Shown piece after piece: positions 1-9,899 of a stretch of DNA of 64,000 nt. Below the pieces are notes generated by a model, which worked only from the letters and a program-made list of their open reading frames with translations, was not told where the DNA came from and did no database searches. Made by a program: the position numbers and the translations under genes. The DNA is from Candidatus Thorarchaeota archaeon (GTDB lineage: Archaea; Asgardarchaeota; Thorarchaeia; Thorarchaeales; Thorarchaeaceae), in contig JBHLQH010000012.1 in assembly GCA_048884965.1 (NCBI GenBank), forward strand, positions 28,428-92,427, read 5' to 3'. The first letter of the stretch is position 1. Every line of letters begins with the position of its first letter.

Positions 1-2
1 GG

Positions 3-74
3 AGGAATTTGCAGATCAGACTGAGGGAGTTTATGCCTGTCGGTATCAGATCTGTTTTCATGACGGTGACATAG
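3..74 (+). CDS. C-terminal fragment of a phage-tail/baseplate-type eCIS protein (gene truncated by the window start)
   Basis: Frame 3 reads RNLQIRLREFMPVGIRSVFMTVT* (TAG 72-74). This resembles the 'NLxxRLxEYxPxG...VT*' ending of tail-protein genes that precede DUF6519 genes in eCIS loci. The stop overlaps the GGAG RBS of the next gene. Confidence 0.6.
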   Translation, partial: RNLQIRLREFMPVGIRSVFMTVT

Positions 75-86
75 GAGAGTGAAAGA

Positions 87-3000
87 ATGAAGGGTAATTT
101 TTCAAGAATTCGTTTTGAAAGGAAGAAAAACTTTGCTGGTGTTATGCATCAGCAAGGTAAGGTCTTACTTGATAGAGATTGGAATGAGCAAGTCGATATT
201 CAAAACGAATGGCAAAGATGGTCAGGCCGAGATGTGGTAGGTGCAGGTCTTGCAGCTGTACCATATTCAAATCAAGAAGGTTTCAAAGTAATTGACGCCA
301 AGATCTATAGAGGTTCTCTGGATTTACACTTGCACATATCACATGGAAGAATTTGGGCAGATGGACAGATACTCCATCATTCAATGGCATCAGAATATGT
401 CAAGGCGACTCCACTAGATGAAAATCAACGCCTTGAAAACCAAATGTTAAGAGGAAATGAATTCGCCGTTATTCTTGAAACGTGGAAGGATACAATAAAT
501 GGATTTCAAGATCTTGATTTGTTGGAGCCAGCTTTAGGTGGGGCGGATACAACTGAGCGAATTCAAAATGCATATCGATTTAGATATCAGGAATTACCCT
601 TTCAGAAACCAAGCTGTTCTGATGTCCGGAAGCTGATTCAGAGCTATCTATCAACCCCTAAAGGAAGGCTAACTGTTACCATCAAGTCTTCCGGAGGAGG
701 GACTGAAGAATGTCCTATGGATATATGGAGGGACTATACTGGTCTGGAGCACAGATTATATCGTATTGAAATTACTGATACTCCACTGAAACCGGGTCTT
801 TATTTCAAAATGTCACGATACAATGGAGAACTAGTTGGTAGAGGCCAAGTATCATCAACTACTGATTCCACAATTGAAATCAAAGGTAATCTCATGGAAA
901 TCAAAGCTTCAAAGTTAGAGAAATTTTACATTGATGTCATTGGTGTTGATTCTGACATTCATTCGTCTGATACCTATTGGAAGCCTCTAGTGAGTGGAAA
1001 AGCAGAGTTATCAAACAACAATGTTGTGATTACAGATTATTACTTGGGTAGTAAGGAAAAGCTCAAGGAAATTAATACGGAAAATGGAGTTTACTTCAGG
1101 ATATGGGAAAAGATACATGATGTGAAAGATTTCATTCCTTCAGGAATTCGTAGACGACCTGGCGAAGCGGTAGAACTAGAAGAGGGAATCTGTCTTTCAT
1201 TTGATATTGATGGGAAGTCACTTCTACCTGGTGATTATTGGCTGATACCAGTGAGATCATCTGATATGATAGAAAGTGCTGAAGGTGAATGGGTCTCTGC
1301 TTTTGGTTCATTGCCAACTGAGGAGGAACCTCATGGAATAAAATACACTCAAGTCCCTCTAGCAATTGTATCCTTTGACAAAAACAGCCTTGCAGATCCA
1401 AAAGAATCATCCAGTGTCTTTGATTGTAGAGTTTCATTTCCGCCCCTTGCAATGAGAACTGACTGTACAACATATTTCATTGGGGGTGATGATCCCTGCT
1501 ACCCTGGATTCGGATTAACTGTAGAGGAAGCATATCAGCAAATCAAACAAGAAGGAAGGGGAGGAGAAATCAAACTACTTCCGGGCAGGCATTATTTCAA
1601 CCTTCGAATTGACTCTCCAGGAATCAAGATTTCAGGATGTGGACCTAGAACTCTCGTATTTCCAAGATCTGATAAATATCCCATTTTTGATATTCGAAAT
1701 ACAGAACTTGTTAGAATTCAGGATATGAGTCTAAAGCATACACGTGAATGTGCGATTACCGTTAATGGAGAAACGACAAGTAACATAGACATTCTTCGTA
1801 ACTACATCAGCTCAAGTGGATTTTCCACTGAAAGCACATCAAAAATCATTCGTCATTTGGATGAGAAAAAGACACCACGTGACATTCTTGAAGAGATAAG
1901 GAAACTATTAGATAGGACAGAGTTAACCTTTGACACAAAGGAAAGAATCCTTAGGTGTTTGAGAGCTACAGGAGCTGGTCAGGATACAGTAGATGTGGTT
2001 ACTGAAGAGGTAGAAGTTGAAAATGTGCAAACCGCTATCTGTATTCGTGCAAGAGATGTTGTTATTCAAGATAACGAAATCAGAGGGGGCATCTTAGTTG
2101 CAGGAGGTTCAGAGGAAATCAGGATAATTGATAACATCATACATGATTGTACTGGAAATGGTATAATCTTAGGAGACTTGGTACATAGTAGTGATCTTAT
2201 TGCAAAGAGCCAAGAGAAAGGAAAAGAGTATCTGCTTGGAGAGAATCTATTCGGATTCCTGTATGATATACTTATAGATGGCAATGAAATAACTCAAACT
2301 GCAAAATCAGGGATAGGTGTAGGAGGTATCATTGAAGATGCTGACTATCCCATAGATGGAATTGATGACCCATACATCAAGAGTTTCTTGCAGCTAGGTA
2401 ATACAGTCGTGAATCTTCAAATATCTAACAATCACATTCATCACTGTCTCACTGATTATTCAGAAATCAATGAAACAGTTGATTCGGATGAGCTAAGAAG
2501 AGGTATTGTACCCGGCGGGATTTCAATACTTTCATGTGATAGAGTGCTTATTAGGAATAATCTAATTGAAGAAAATGGATTATGGCCAGTGTGCGGTATA
2601 TATATTCGATATGTCGAAGATCTCGAAATTCTTGAGAACAAAATCTCAAACTCTCACACGATTGGTAATGCGGTAAAAACCATTGAAATTCCTAGGTTAT
2701 TATCACATAATGCTGGAGGCATTATCATTGATTTTGCTGTAGCTGGTCTTGATGCATCTGAGGCTCCATCACCAAATGATGACATGAAGATAGGAATTGT
2801 AATTGATAAACCAGCACTTAGGATTCATTGTAATACTGTAAGGGTCGGGTATGGCTATTCGCTTTTTGCAGGAGCATATGGTCCTGTATCAATAACCAAC
2901 AATTGCTTTAGTACAAAAGCCACTTTGATACCAAGTTTCAATACTAACTGGCTTTTGGAACTTGCATCATTGACTGATTCACCATACAGCATTCTGAGAG

Positions 3001-3716
3001 CTCTTGGCGGATCAGTTCTCGTTTTCAATCTTGGGGGCTTGTTAAGTCTAATAAACAGTATATTGTGGTTAAGTGCACGCCCCAAGGGTTCATACGTGAA
3101 AAGGACATCTTACGAGAGTACAATCAATTTACTTGCGGAGGTTGACCCAAATCCACAAACGAAGTCTTTTGGAATTCTAGATTTCATTGGTGGAGCGTTG
3201 CGATATCTTATCAATGGAAATATAATCTTCAACGACAATCAAGTCTTCTGTGGAAGAGGTGCAAGAATAGCATCGCAAATACTTGTAACACTTGATGATA
3301 TGGAGTTTATTGGAAATCAATGTGATGTATTGATGACCCGAGAGTCAACTCACACACTATTGGGATTCATAAACACAGTACTTGTTGGTGTGACGTCGCT
3401 AAGAGCAACAAGCAATAGGTTCAAAGAAAACGTATTGGATTTCGATTATCAATACACATCTCCAGTTCGGGTCATAGTCCCGGAGAAGATAGTGGCGGTC
3501 GAACCTGCGTCTGTAGGGCTTCGAGAAGTGATGGTACCTCGTTCCCTATCAACGGGGAGTTTCAAGTCACTCTGGTCAATAAGTGAGATAATGAATAACA
3601 CATCGATGAATCAAGGAGACCATTGCATACTCAAGTCGGTTCTAATGCGTTTGTTCACAACTACAACAGCTAGAAACCATGAGATATACTGCATTGAAGC
3701 TATGAAGGGAGTTTAG
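87..3716 (+). CDS. DUF6519-domain eCIS protein with C-terminal right-handed parallel beta-helix (tail fibre/spike-like)
   Basis: N-terminus MKGNFSR...QQGKVLLDRDWNEQ, plus LLEPALGGADTTER and YTGLEHRLYRIEI, match the DUF6519 consensus. The C-terminal half has repeated 'IxxNxI' beta-helix motifs. Confidence 0.85.
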   Translation: MKGNFSRIRFERKKNFAGVMHQQGKVLLDRDWNEQVDIQNEWQRWSGRDVVGAGLAAVPYSNQEGFKVIDAKIYRGSLDLHLHISHGRIWADGQILHHSMASEYVKATPLDENQRLENQMLRGNEFAVILETWKDTINGFQDLDLLEPALGGADTTERIQNAYRFRYQELPFQKPSCSDVRKLIQSYLSTPKGRLTVTIKSSGGGTEECPMDIWRDYTGLEHRLYRIEITDTPLKPGLYFKMSRYNGELVGRGQVSSTTDSTIEIKGNLMEIKASKLEKFYIDVIGVDSDIHSSDTYWKPLVSGKAELSNNNVVITDYYLGSKEKLKEINTENGVYFRIWEKIHDVKDFIPSGIRRRPGEAVELEEGICLSFDIDGKSLLPGDYWLIPVRSSDMIESAEGEWVSAFGSLPTEEEPHGIKYTQVPLAIVSFDKNSLADPKESSSVFDCRVSFPPLAMRTDCTTYFIGGDDPCYPGFGLTVEEAYQQIKQEGRGGEIKLLPGRHYFNLRIDSPGIKISGCGPRTLVFPRSDKYPIFDIRNTELVRIQDMSLKHTRECAITVNGETTSNIDILRNYISSSGFSTESTSKIIRHLDEKKTPRDILEEIRKLLDRTELTFDTKERILRCLRATGAGQDTVDVVTEEVEVENVQTAICIRARDVVIQDNEIRGGILVAGGSEEIRIIDNIIHDCTGNGIILGDLVHSSDLIAKSQEKGKEYLLGENLFGFLYDILIDGNEITQTAKSGIGVGGIIEDADYPIDGIDDPYIKSFLQLGNTVVNLQISNNHIHHCLTDYSEINETVDSDELRRGIVPGGISILSCDRVLIRNNLIEENGLWPVCGIYIRYVEDLEILENKISNSHTIGNAVKTIEIPRLLSHNAGGIIIDFAVAGLDASEAPSPNDDMKIGIVIDKPALRIHCNTVRVGYGYSLFAGAYGPVSITNNCFSTKATLIPSFNTNWLLELASLTDSPYSILRALGGSVLVFNLGGLLSLINSILWLSARPKGSYVKRTSYESTINLLAEVDPNPQTKSFGILDFIGGALRYLINGNIIFNDNQVFCGRGARIASQILVTLDDMEFIGNQCDVLMTRESTHTLLGFINTVLVGVTSLRATSNRFKENVLDFDYQYTSPVRVIVPEKIVAVEPASVGLREVMVPRSLSTGSFKSLWSISEIMNNTSMNQGDHCILKSVLMRLFTTTTARNHEIYCIEAMKGV

Positions 3717-3728
3717 GAGAGGATAGTA

Positions 3729-4823
3729 ATGAGTGAAGAAAAAGAAAAGGAAATCAAATTGGATATAGAAACGGTGCTTGCATTTGCAAAAGAAGCAAGC
3801 CTGCCAGTTCTTGATAATATATCTGCTACTTTGTCATTGAGGGAAAAGCTACTCACTCATGAGTATCTGCGATTAAGTAGAAAAGATCAAACAGCTAAGA
3901 CGACCAAGCAACTTGAACTTACAGCAACCCGGCGATATTTCCCCTTATTCAGCGATCAAATGATGTTGAAGAAAGAATTACTCAGAATGGATCTTCAATC
4001 ACACTCTGACAAACAGGTAATCATTCATGGAAGGGTTGTTGATGATAGATTACTTGGACTACAGAAATTCAAAGAAAAAGAAATCAAGGTTGCGATATTT
4101 CATCAAAAGAAGTTGTATGGTGCGATAGATTCTGCTGAGATTGATGAAAATGGATACTACTTCTTCATTATAAATTCGGAACATCTGGAGAAACTCAAGG
4201 AACTAAAGCCAAATACGCTAGTCATTCGAGTAGTGGATTCTAGTCAAAAACCTGTAGCTGAATTTGAATCTCCAGAGATTTCGATTACAGGTGATATCAC
4301 TGGAGGTACTAGTATAGTTGCTAATATTCAGTTTTCGTCAACTATCAGGAGTAATTTGGTCAAGACGAGATTTTCGGAATATGAAACAAGTGAAAAATCA
4401 ACACTAAAGGGAATCTTTGAGAGATCTGAAATAACCAAACCTGCAGATAAAAAGAAACCCACAGATGAAAAGAAACCTGCAGATAAAAAGAAAACCTCAG
4501 ATGAAAAGAAACCTCCAGATGCTATCACTAAGGAAACCAAAGAGGCAAAGCATGAAGAAGAGAAGATAAAAGCAATCGATGCTACATCAGCAGATTCTCA
4601 AGTTGAAGTTGTAGATATAGCAAGTAGTAAGGTTGAGGAACTTAGAGCGATTAAGAAGATTGGAAAGGCAAAAGCTGAACGATTAGTAGAGAAAGGATTC
4701 GATATCCACAACATTGAAAGTGCGACTGATGATGAACTCAGAGAAATATTGAGCGAAAAAGAAGTAGAAGAGCTGAAAGAGAATCTAAGAGAATATCTCA
4801 AAAAAGGAAAAGAAGAGGAGTGA
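3729..4823 (+). CDS. eCIS-associated protein: central beta-sandwich (carboxypeptidase-regulatory-like), Lys-rich linker and C-terminal helix-hairpin-helix
   Basis: IHGRVVD...IDENGYYFF beta domain; LRAIKKIGKAKAERLVEKGF HhH motif; in operon after DUF6519 with GGAGAGG RBS. Confidence 0.6.
   Translation: MSEEKEKEIKLDIETVLAFAKEASLPVLDNISATLSLREKLLTHEYLRLSRKDQTAKTTKQLELTATRRYFPLFSDQMMLKKELLRMDLQSHSDKQVIIHGRVVDDRLLGLQKFKEKEIKVAIFHQKKLYGAIDSAEIDENGYYFFIINSEHLEKLKELKPNTLVIRVVDSSQKPVAEFESPEISITGDITGGTSIVANIQFSSTIRSNLVKTRFSEYETSEKSTLKGIFERSEITKPADKKKPTDEKKPADKKKTSDEKKPPDAITKETKEAKHEEEKIKAIDATSADSQVEVVDIASSKVEELRAIKKIGKAKAERLVEKGFDIHNIESATDDELREILSEKEVEELKENLREYLKKGKEEE
4437..4520 (+). repeat. In-frame 18-bp tandem repeat (4 full units plus 1 partial) encoding KP(A/T)D(K/E)K
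   Basis: aaacctgcagataaaaag / aaacccacagatgaaaag / aaacctgcagataaaaag / aaaacctcagatgaaaag / aaacctccagat. Confidence 0.9.
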
Positions 4824-4833
4824 ACATCGAATC

Positions 4834-7800
4834 ATGGCTTCTTCTTTCGAAAGCATCAAAGCAAAGGAAAAGAAGAATGATCAGAAGCAAGAATCACAGC
4901 GAAAAGAACAGAACAACCCTCACTTGCATTCAATTCCAATTATACAAACCCAATTGATTTGTCCTTGTAACGGAACTTGTCCATCATGTCTATCTATCTT
5001 ACAGGAAAGTAGTATTGACACTCAAGATAGAGATTATTATGAAAAAGAAGCAGAAAGTGTAGCACACCAAATCATGCATGGAAAACCAGTTTCATCAATT
5101 TCTAGAATAGGTTCATTCTCACCAGTGAAAAGTATGAGTTCACCTACTGAAACCTCAGATGGATTTTCACCAATAGTTGCAGAAATTCAAAATGCATCCA
5201 ATACTGGTAGTCCACTATCAGAAAACCATCGATCCTTCTATGAAGACCGATTTCAACATGATTTCAGCAGAGTATCGATTCATTCAGGGATAAAAGCGAA
5301 TAATCTAGCATCAGATCTACATGCAAGAGCATTCACACTTGGAAATGACATCTTCTTAGGAAGACATGGAACGAGCTTGTCTAAGGATGCTAGCAGGCAT
5401 CTATTAGCACACGAGCTAGCACATGTAATTCAGCAAGAATCACTTTCTCGAAGCTCCTTGATCCAAAAGCAGGCAATTGAATCAGCGCCAGCGCCTATTG
5501 TAGAACCAGAAGCAGGTACTGAAACAGAGGAAGAAGCAATAGGTGAGGAGCCACCAACTGAAGTCATCAATATTCAAGGTGAAAGTAAATTACCTTTGTC
5601 CCCAAAGATCAAGCAATGGTTGGAGAAACAGGATTCGCAACAAGGAATGATCAATGTCCGATTTGGAAACATAGCTACAGGGAGGATCAACATTAGAAAA
5701 CAAGGAAACCTCTATTGCTTCAACAAACAGGCACTGACATTGAATCATCCTCTTCTTGCTCGATTGAAGGCGATAACATCTGAACTGACACCACAGCTAC
5801 TTTTGACTGCACCAGAAGGAGAAATACGAGGCTTTATTGGACTTGGAGCTCAATCTCGTGAATCCTTGGATGAAACTCTGAAAAAGATGCCAGAAGTTAT
5901 TGGTTTGTCCGGCATTGACCTAAGCCGAATACCTAAATTGACAAATATACTTGAAAAGGGACATTTGAATCTAGGTGTGTCAGGTCAGGTAATGCTTGGC
6001 GGCGCATTTTCAACTGAACTGAATCTTAATGCACAAGACGAGAATATCACATTTTCAGCTTTTGCAGATATCAAGGTTCGCGGATTGGCATCGGCTAAGA
6101 TGGAATTGAAACGTGAAGCAGATGGTAAGATCACTGGTGAAGGAACAGCAGATGTGCAAGTATCGAAGAGTGTTACTGGAACCTTTAATGTTGTGTGGGA
6201 CGGTAGTGCACTTTCCGGATCAGGTACTGTTGGTTATGAAGGAGAGAAGTTCTCAGGCCAAGTGATGCTCGCTCTCATGGAACGTGAAGAAGCAAGGCAG
6301 AAAGTAGCTGAAAAGAAGGCAGAAGCAGAAGGAAAAGAACCTCCAGCTGCGAAAAAGAAACCTGGCAAGAAGAAGACAAACTATGTTCTCTTTGGAGAAG
6401 GGGATCTGAATTTCTCATTTACTGATTGGCTAAGTGGAACGGCTCATGTGATTGTCGATCAAAAGGGTGACATTACTGTAATGGGAGAAATCAAACCTCA
6501 GAAAGAATTCGAGATATTCCCACAAAAGGACTATGTTAAGGAACTTCTAAAGGTTGAGGGCAGAGCTAAATATGGATTGCCTGTAGTCGGAAATATATTC
6601 ATCTTCATAGGAGTTGGTTTGGATGCATTTGCAAAATTGGGACCAGCGAAGTTCTACGATATCGTTGTGAAAGGAACTTACTCTACAGATCCAAAGGTTA
6701 GCAAAGACTTCAGTGTTGAAGGACGACTCAATATATCTGCCGCTGCGGGACTTCGTGTTCGTGGAGAAGCTGGCTTAGGTGTAGAAATACTGGCACATGA
6801 TATCAAGGCAGGAGCAGGTGTTAATGGAATTGCAGCAATTCGAGGCTATGCTGAAGCGATGACAAAGATAGGTTATCGTGAGAAAGGAAAAGAGGGAGAA
6901 GATAAGAGAGGTGAATTTTTCATTAAAGGTAACTTGGAAATTGCTGCGCAGCCTTTCCTGGGATTGAGTGGAGACCTCTTTGTTGAAGTTGATGCCCCTT
7001 GGTGGTCACCAGTCCCTGATAAGAAATGGACCTGGCCATTAGGTGGGAAAGAATGGCCTATTGGTGGTAGCTATGGACTCAATGCAGGATTGGACTATGT
7101 GATTGGCTCTGGAGAACCTCCGACGATCGATCTACAACCTGCTGAATTCTCAGCAGAGAAGTTCATGACAGATTTGTATTCAGACAAGGCTAAAGACAAG
7201 AGTCCTGAGAAAGAAACTAAGGGCACTTGGAAAGAAAAGGGAACAAAAGAAGCAGATGTACCACCAAAGAAACCTAAGCAAGGAAATGCAACTCACGGGA
7301 AGATAAAAGAGGCACAGAAAGCAAAATCAAAGGTAAAACCTGGAATATCAAAGAAATCAAAGAAAGAGGTTGGTCCAAAAACAAAGACCGCTGAGGGAAA
7401 AACTGTAGAAGATCTTCAGAAAGAAGCGGCCAAGAAGGGGAAGAAACCGAAAGCTGCACAAGTTCCATCTGGTGAACTAGAACCTGATAAAGTAACTCCT
7501 GAAGCGCAAAAGGGTTCTAAATGGGAGAGAGGAAAAGAAGTTGTAAAGCAAGCTTTGGCTTTCGCAGATAAGACTGGAATTGGAGAGAAGGATTTGAAGA
7601 GAATCCTGAATTCAATTAGAAAACAGAAACGCTATGGCTTCACTGCATTATATCCAAAACGGATTGGGAAGAAATGGGAGATAATTGGTTCCATGAGTAA
7701 AGGATCGAAGATAGGTGAAGTCAAAGCAACTGAGAGTACTGGTGAAGAAAAGCCCTATACTTGGGCAGAAATACGCCGAAGAACTCCGACTGAGAAGCTT

Positions 7801-8238
7801 AGAGAGTGGGCACAAGAGGAATTAAAGAAAATACCGGGTTATCCCGTGGATCCTGCATTTCCTAAAGAAGAAAATGTACAAATCGATGGCCCAGGTCAAG
7901 CAGACCATATTGTTGCAGCTAACAGAATTCGAAAATCAACAGAATTCACTGAAAGTTTTGTTCACAAAGGAGAAAAGATGGGATTCTGGAATTTAAACAA
8001 TAAGAATAAGCTAGCTGTGATGAATCTCAAAGAGAACTTCGAGCCAATGAGTCCATTGGCAAATAGATCCAGGGGAGATAAGAAATTTGCTGAATGGTGG
8101 GGCTATAAAAAGAAGAATATCCCAGCAGATGCTAATTTCAAGAAAAGGATGATTGCCAAGGAGAGAGAATCAGAGGGGACATTGAAGAAGAAAATCAGAA
8201 TGCTTTTGAAGGAACAATTAGCTCAGGAGGAATCTTGA
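4834..8238 (+). CDS. DUF4157 (eCIS core) effector with beta-rich stalk and C-terminal HNH-type nuclease toxin
   Basis: CPCNGTCPSC motif, EKEAESVA, DFSRVSIHS..ARAFTLGNDIF..LLAHELAHVIQQ (DUF4157). C-terminal ADHIVA...N..EN...ANRSRG is an HNH/GH-E-like tip. Confidence 0.8.
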   Translation: MASSFESIKAKEKKNDQKQESQRKEQNNPHLHSIPIIQTQLICPCNGTCPSCLSILQESSIDTQDRDYYEKEAESVAHQIMHGKPVSSISRIGSFSPVKSMSSPTETSDGFSPIVAEIQNASNTGSPLSENHRSFYEDRFQHDFSRVSIHSGIKANNLASDLHARAFTLGNDIFLGRHGTSLSKDASRHLLAHELAHVIQQESLSRSSLIQKQAIESAPAPIVEPEAGTETEEEAIGEEPPTEVINIQGESKLPLSPKIKQWLEKQDSQQGMINVRFGNIATGRINIRKQGNLYCFNKQALTLNHPLLARLKAITSELTPQLLLTAPEGEIRGFIGLGAQSRESLDETLKKMPEVIGLSGIDLSRIPKLTNILEKGHLNLGVSGQVMLGGAFSTELNLNAQDENITFSAFADIKVRGLASAKMELKREADGKITGEGTADVQVSKSVTGTFNVVWDGSALSGSGTVGYEGEKFSGQVMLALMEREEARQKVAEKKAEAEGKEPPAAKKKPGKKKTNYVLFGEGDLNFSFTDWLSGTAHVIVDQKGDITVMGEIKPQKEFEIFPQKDYVKELLKVEGRAKYGLPVVGNIFIFIGVGLDAFAKLGPAKFYDIVVKGTYSTDPKVSKDFSVEGRLNISAAAGLRVRGEAGLGVEILAHDIKAGAGVNGIAAIRGYAEAMTKIGYREKGKEGEDKRGEFFIKGNLEIAAQPFLGLSGDLFVEVDAPWWSPVPDKKWTWPLGGKEWPIGGSYGLNAGLDYVIGSGEPPTIDLQPAEFSAEKFMTDLYSDKAKDKSPEKETKGTWKEKGTKEADVPPKKPKQGNATHGKIKEAQKAKSKVKPGISKKSKKEVGPKTKTAEGKTVEDLQKEAAKKGKKPKAAQVPSGELEPDKVTPEAQKGSKWERGKEVVKQALAFADKTGIGEKDLKRILNSIRKQKRYGFTALYPKRIGKKWEIIGSMSKGSKIGEVKATESTGEEKPYTWAEIRRRTPTEKLREWAQEELKKIPGYPVDPAFPKEENVQIDGPGQADHIVAANRIRKSTEFTESFVHKGEKMGFWNLNNKNKLAVMNLKENFEPMSPLANRSRGDKKFAEWWGYKKKNIPADANFKKRMIAKERESEGTLKKKIRMLLKEQLAQEES

Positions 8239-8285
8239 TTATCGGTTGGCTTAGAACAGAATTCAGGGGGTGAAAGGAGGTATCA

Positions 8286-9800
8286 ATAGATTGGAAACAT
8301 AGAGCTGGGATTCGAAAAGATGAAGATCAAAAGGCTCGGAAATCGATAAAAACTCCTGAAGAAGAGAATAGGATTGGTAAATGGCAGATTCAGCCAACAA
8401 CACCAACATGTGCATGTACTGGCTTCTGCCCTGCCTGTAAGGCTTCAAATACTCAGGGTCTGAGTTCTCAAAATTACATTGAACAAAGTAGGTTGGAGCA
8501 TGAAGCGGATAATATCGCAAATCGGATTGCTAGTGTTCCATCCAGTTTTCAGTCTGATGATCTATCTTTATCTGAGGATTTAACTCCAAATCCAAAATCA
8601 AGAAGCGGCGCATCAATAAGCTCATCACTAAAAAATAGAATGGAGTCTATAACGAACACGAGCATGGACAATGTTCGAGTCCATAACAACACTGCAGCAA
8701 ATAACATCGCCAACAACTATAATGCAAGAGCAGTCACATTTGGAGATAATATATGGCTGCGAGGAAATGAAAGTCCTGAGGATACTAAATTAATGGTACA
8801 TGAACTAGCACATGTAGCTCAGCAACGTAATCAACCGATGATCCAATTGAAAACATCATACCAAAGCCAGCTAGAAAATACATTCCAAAGAAGTCCCTAT
8901 ATTGAAGAAGGAAAAACCAAATATCATATTGACAAGAATGACATGTGCAATGTTACAACTCTTGCAATGCAACTCATCAAGTTGATTGGCAATGAAACGA
9001 ATACGCGAGATGCAGTTACATCGCTACTGATTAGGAGTAAGTATCCGAAGTCAAAGAGGGATAAGTTGGAAGGCATGACCATTGCTGACCTACTTATTAC
9101 TAGATTCTATCAGATAAAGAAATGGAAAGCGAAATTAGAGCTTTACTTTCCTGATAGAAATAAAGATGGCAAACTATGGCAGCGCTTCAAAGAAATGAAG
9201 GATAAGAGTGGAAGTAGCTTCTTCCAGATGGGTTTGCCTTTAATTATCGTCGGACTAGAAGTGCTACAAGAAGCCAACATTCAAGGTGAAGGAGAGTCAA
9301 TTTCCAGCAAGAAATATGCGCTGCCTCCGAAGGCAACTTGGAGCAAAGCAAACGCCAGAGCATATTTTGAAGGGAAGCTAAAAAATGAACTTGACTCTGG
9401 ATCAGCGATACTGATGTCCACAAAACTAACAGGTGGGCACATCGTTCATTTGAACAGCGTTATCAGCGGGCCTACCGGAGGAGTACTAATCGATGACCCA
9501 TTTGGTATACGGTTAGGATTTTACATGAAGAATAATTCAGATTTCAGACCAGTTATCCTTCGGGAGCGAAATAGACACTTCAACATCCTAAAGCGAAGAT
9601 TGATGCATAACACTCCTTTGTGGAATGAATTGCAAACTCTGAAAAAAGGAGATAGATTCCCCAAAAATGTTGGTGAACGCAATTTCTACAATTGGGAAGA
9701 AGTGGCGAAATTTAAAATTGGTAAATTTGTCAATATCCTTTCGAAGGGCATAGCCATAGATTTCTCATCGCTAACGGAAAATTCGATAAACGTCGAGTAG
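8286..9800 (+). CDS. Second DUF4157 effector with C-terminal C39-like (papain-fold) cysteine peptidase; probable ATA start upstream of the called TTG at 8493
   Basis: The frame is open from 8274 and includes CACTGFCPAC. Also ARAVTFGDNIW..LMVHELAHVAQQ, and CNVTTLAM / GGHIV / IDDPFG forming a Cys-His-Asp triad. GGAGGT RBS at 8276-8281. Confidence 0.75.
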   Translation: MDWKHRAGIRKDEDQKARKSIKTPEEENRIGKWQIQPTTPTCACTGFCPACKASNTQGLSSQNYIEQSRLEHEADNIANRIASVPSSFQSDDLSLSEDLTPNPKSRSGASISSSLKNRMESITNTSMDNVRVHNNTAANNIANNYNARAVTFGDNIWLRGNESPEDTKLMVHELAHVAQQRNQPMIQLKTSYQSQLENTFQRSPYIEEGKTKYHIDKNDMCNVTTLAMQLIKLIGNETNTRDAVTSLLIRSKYPKSKRDKLEGMTIADLLITRFYQIKKWKAKLELYFPDRNKDGKLWQRFKEMKDKSGSSFFQMGLPLIIVGLEVLQEANIQGEGESISSKKYALPPKATWSKANARAYFEGKLKNELDSGSAILMSTKLTGGHIVHLNSVISGPTGGVLIDDPFGIRLGFYMKNNSDFRPVILRERNRHFNILKRRLMHNTPLWNELQTLKKGDRFPKNVGERNFYNWEEVAKFKIGKFVNILSKGIAIDFSSLTENSINVE

Positions 9801-9899
9801 GAAAAGGAGCAATTGGTAACGAGGTTCTCGGGTTATGGCAGCTTTCCAAGTCTGATCGTTCTCCAATATTGCTTAAATCAATCGAGAAGGCTAAGAAAT

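Noticed and set aside
8263-8520. 85-aa minus-strand ORF as an immunity gene
   Set aside because: It is antisense to the extended N-terminus of the second DUF4157 gene, which carries the conserved Cys motif; treated as a shadow ORF.
1-9800. Prophage/provirus tail region
   Set aside because: DUF6519 plus DUF4157 toxin genes fit eCIS better, and no capsid, terminase, integrase or lysis genes are visible. Upstream sequence is needed to exclude this fully.
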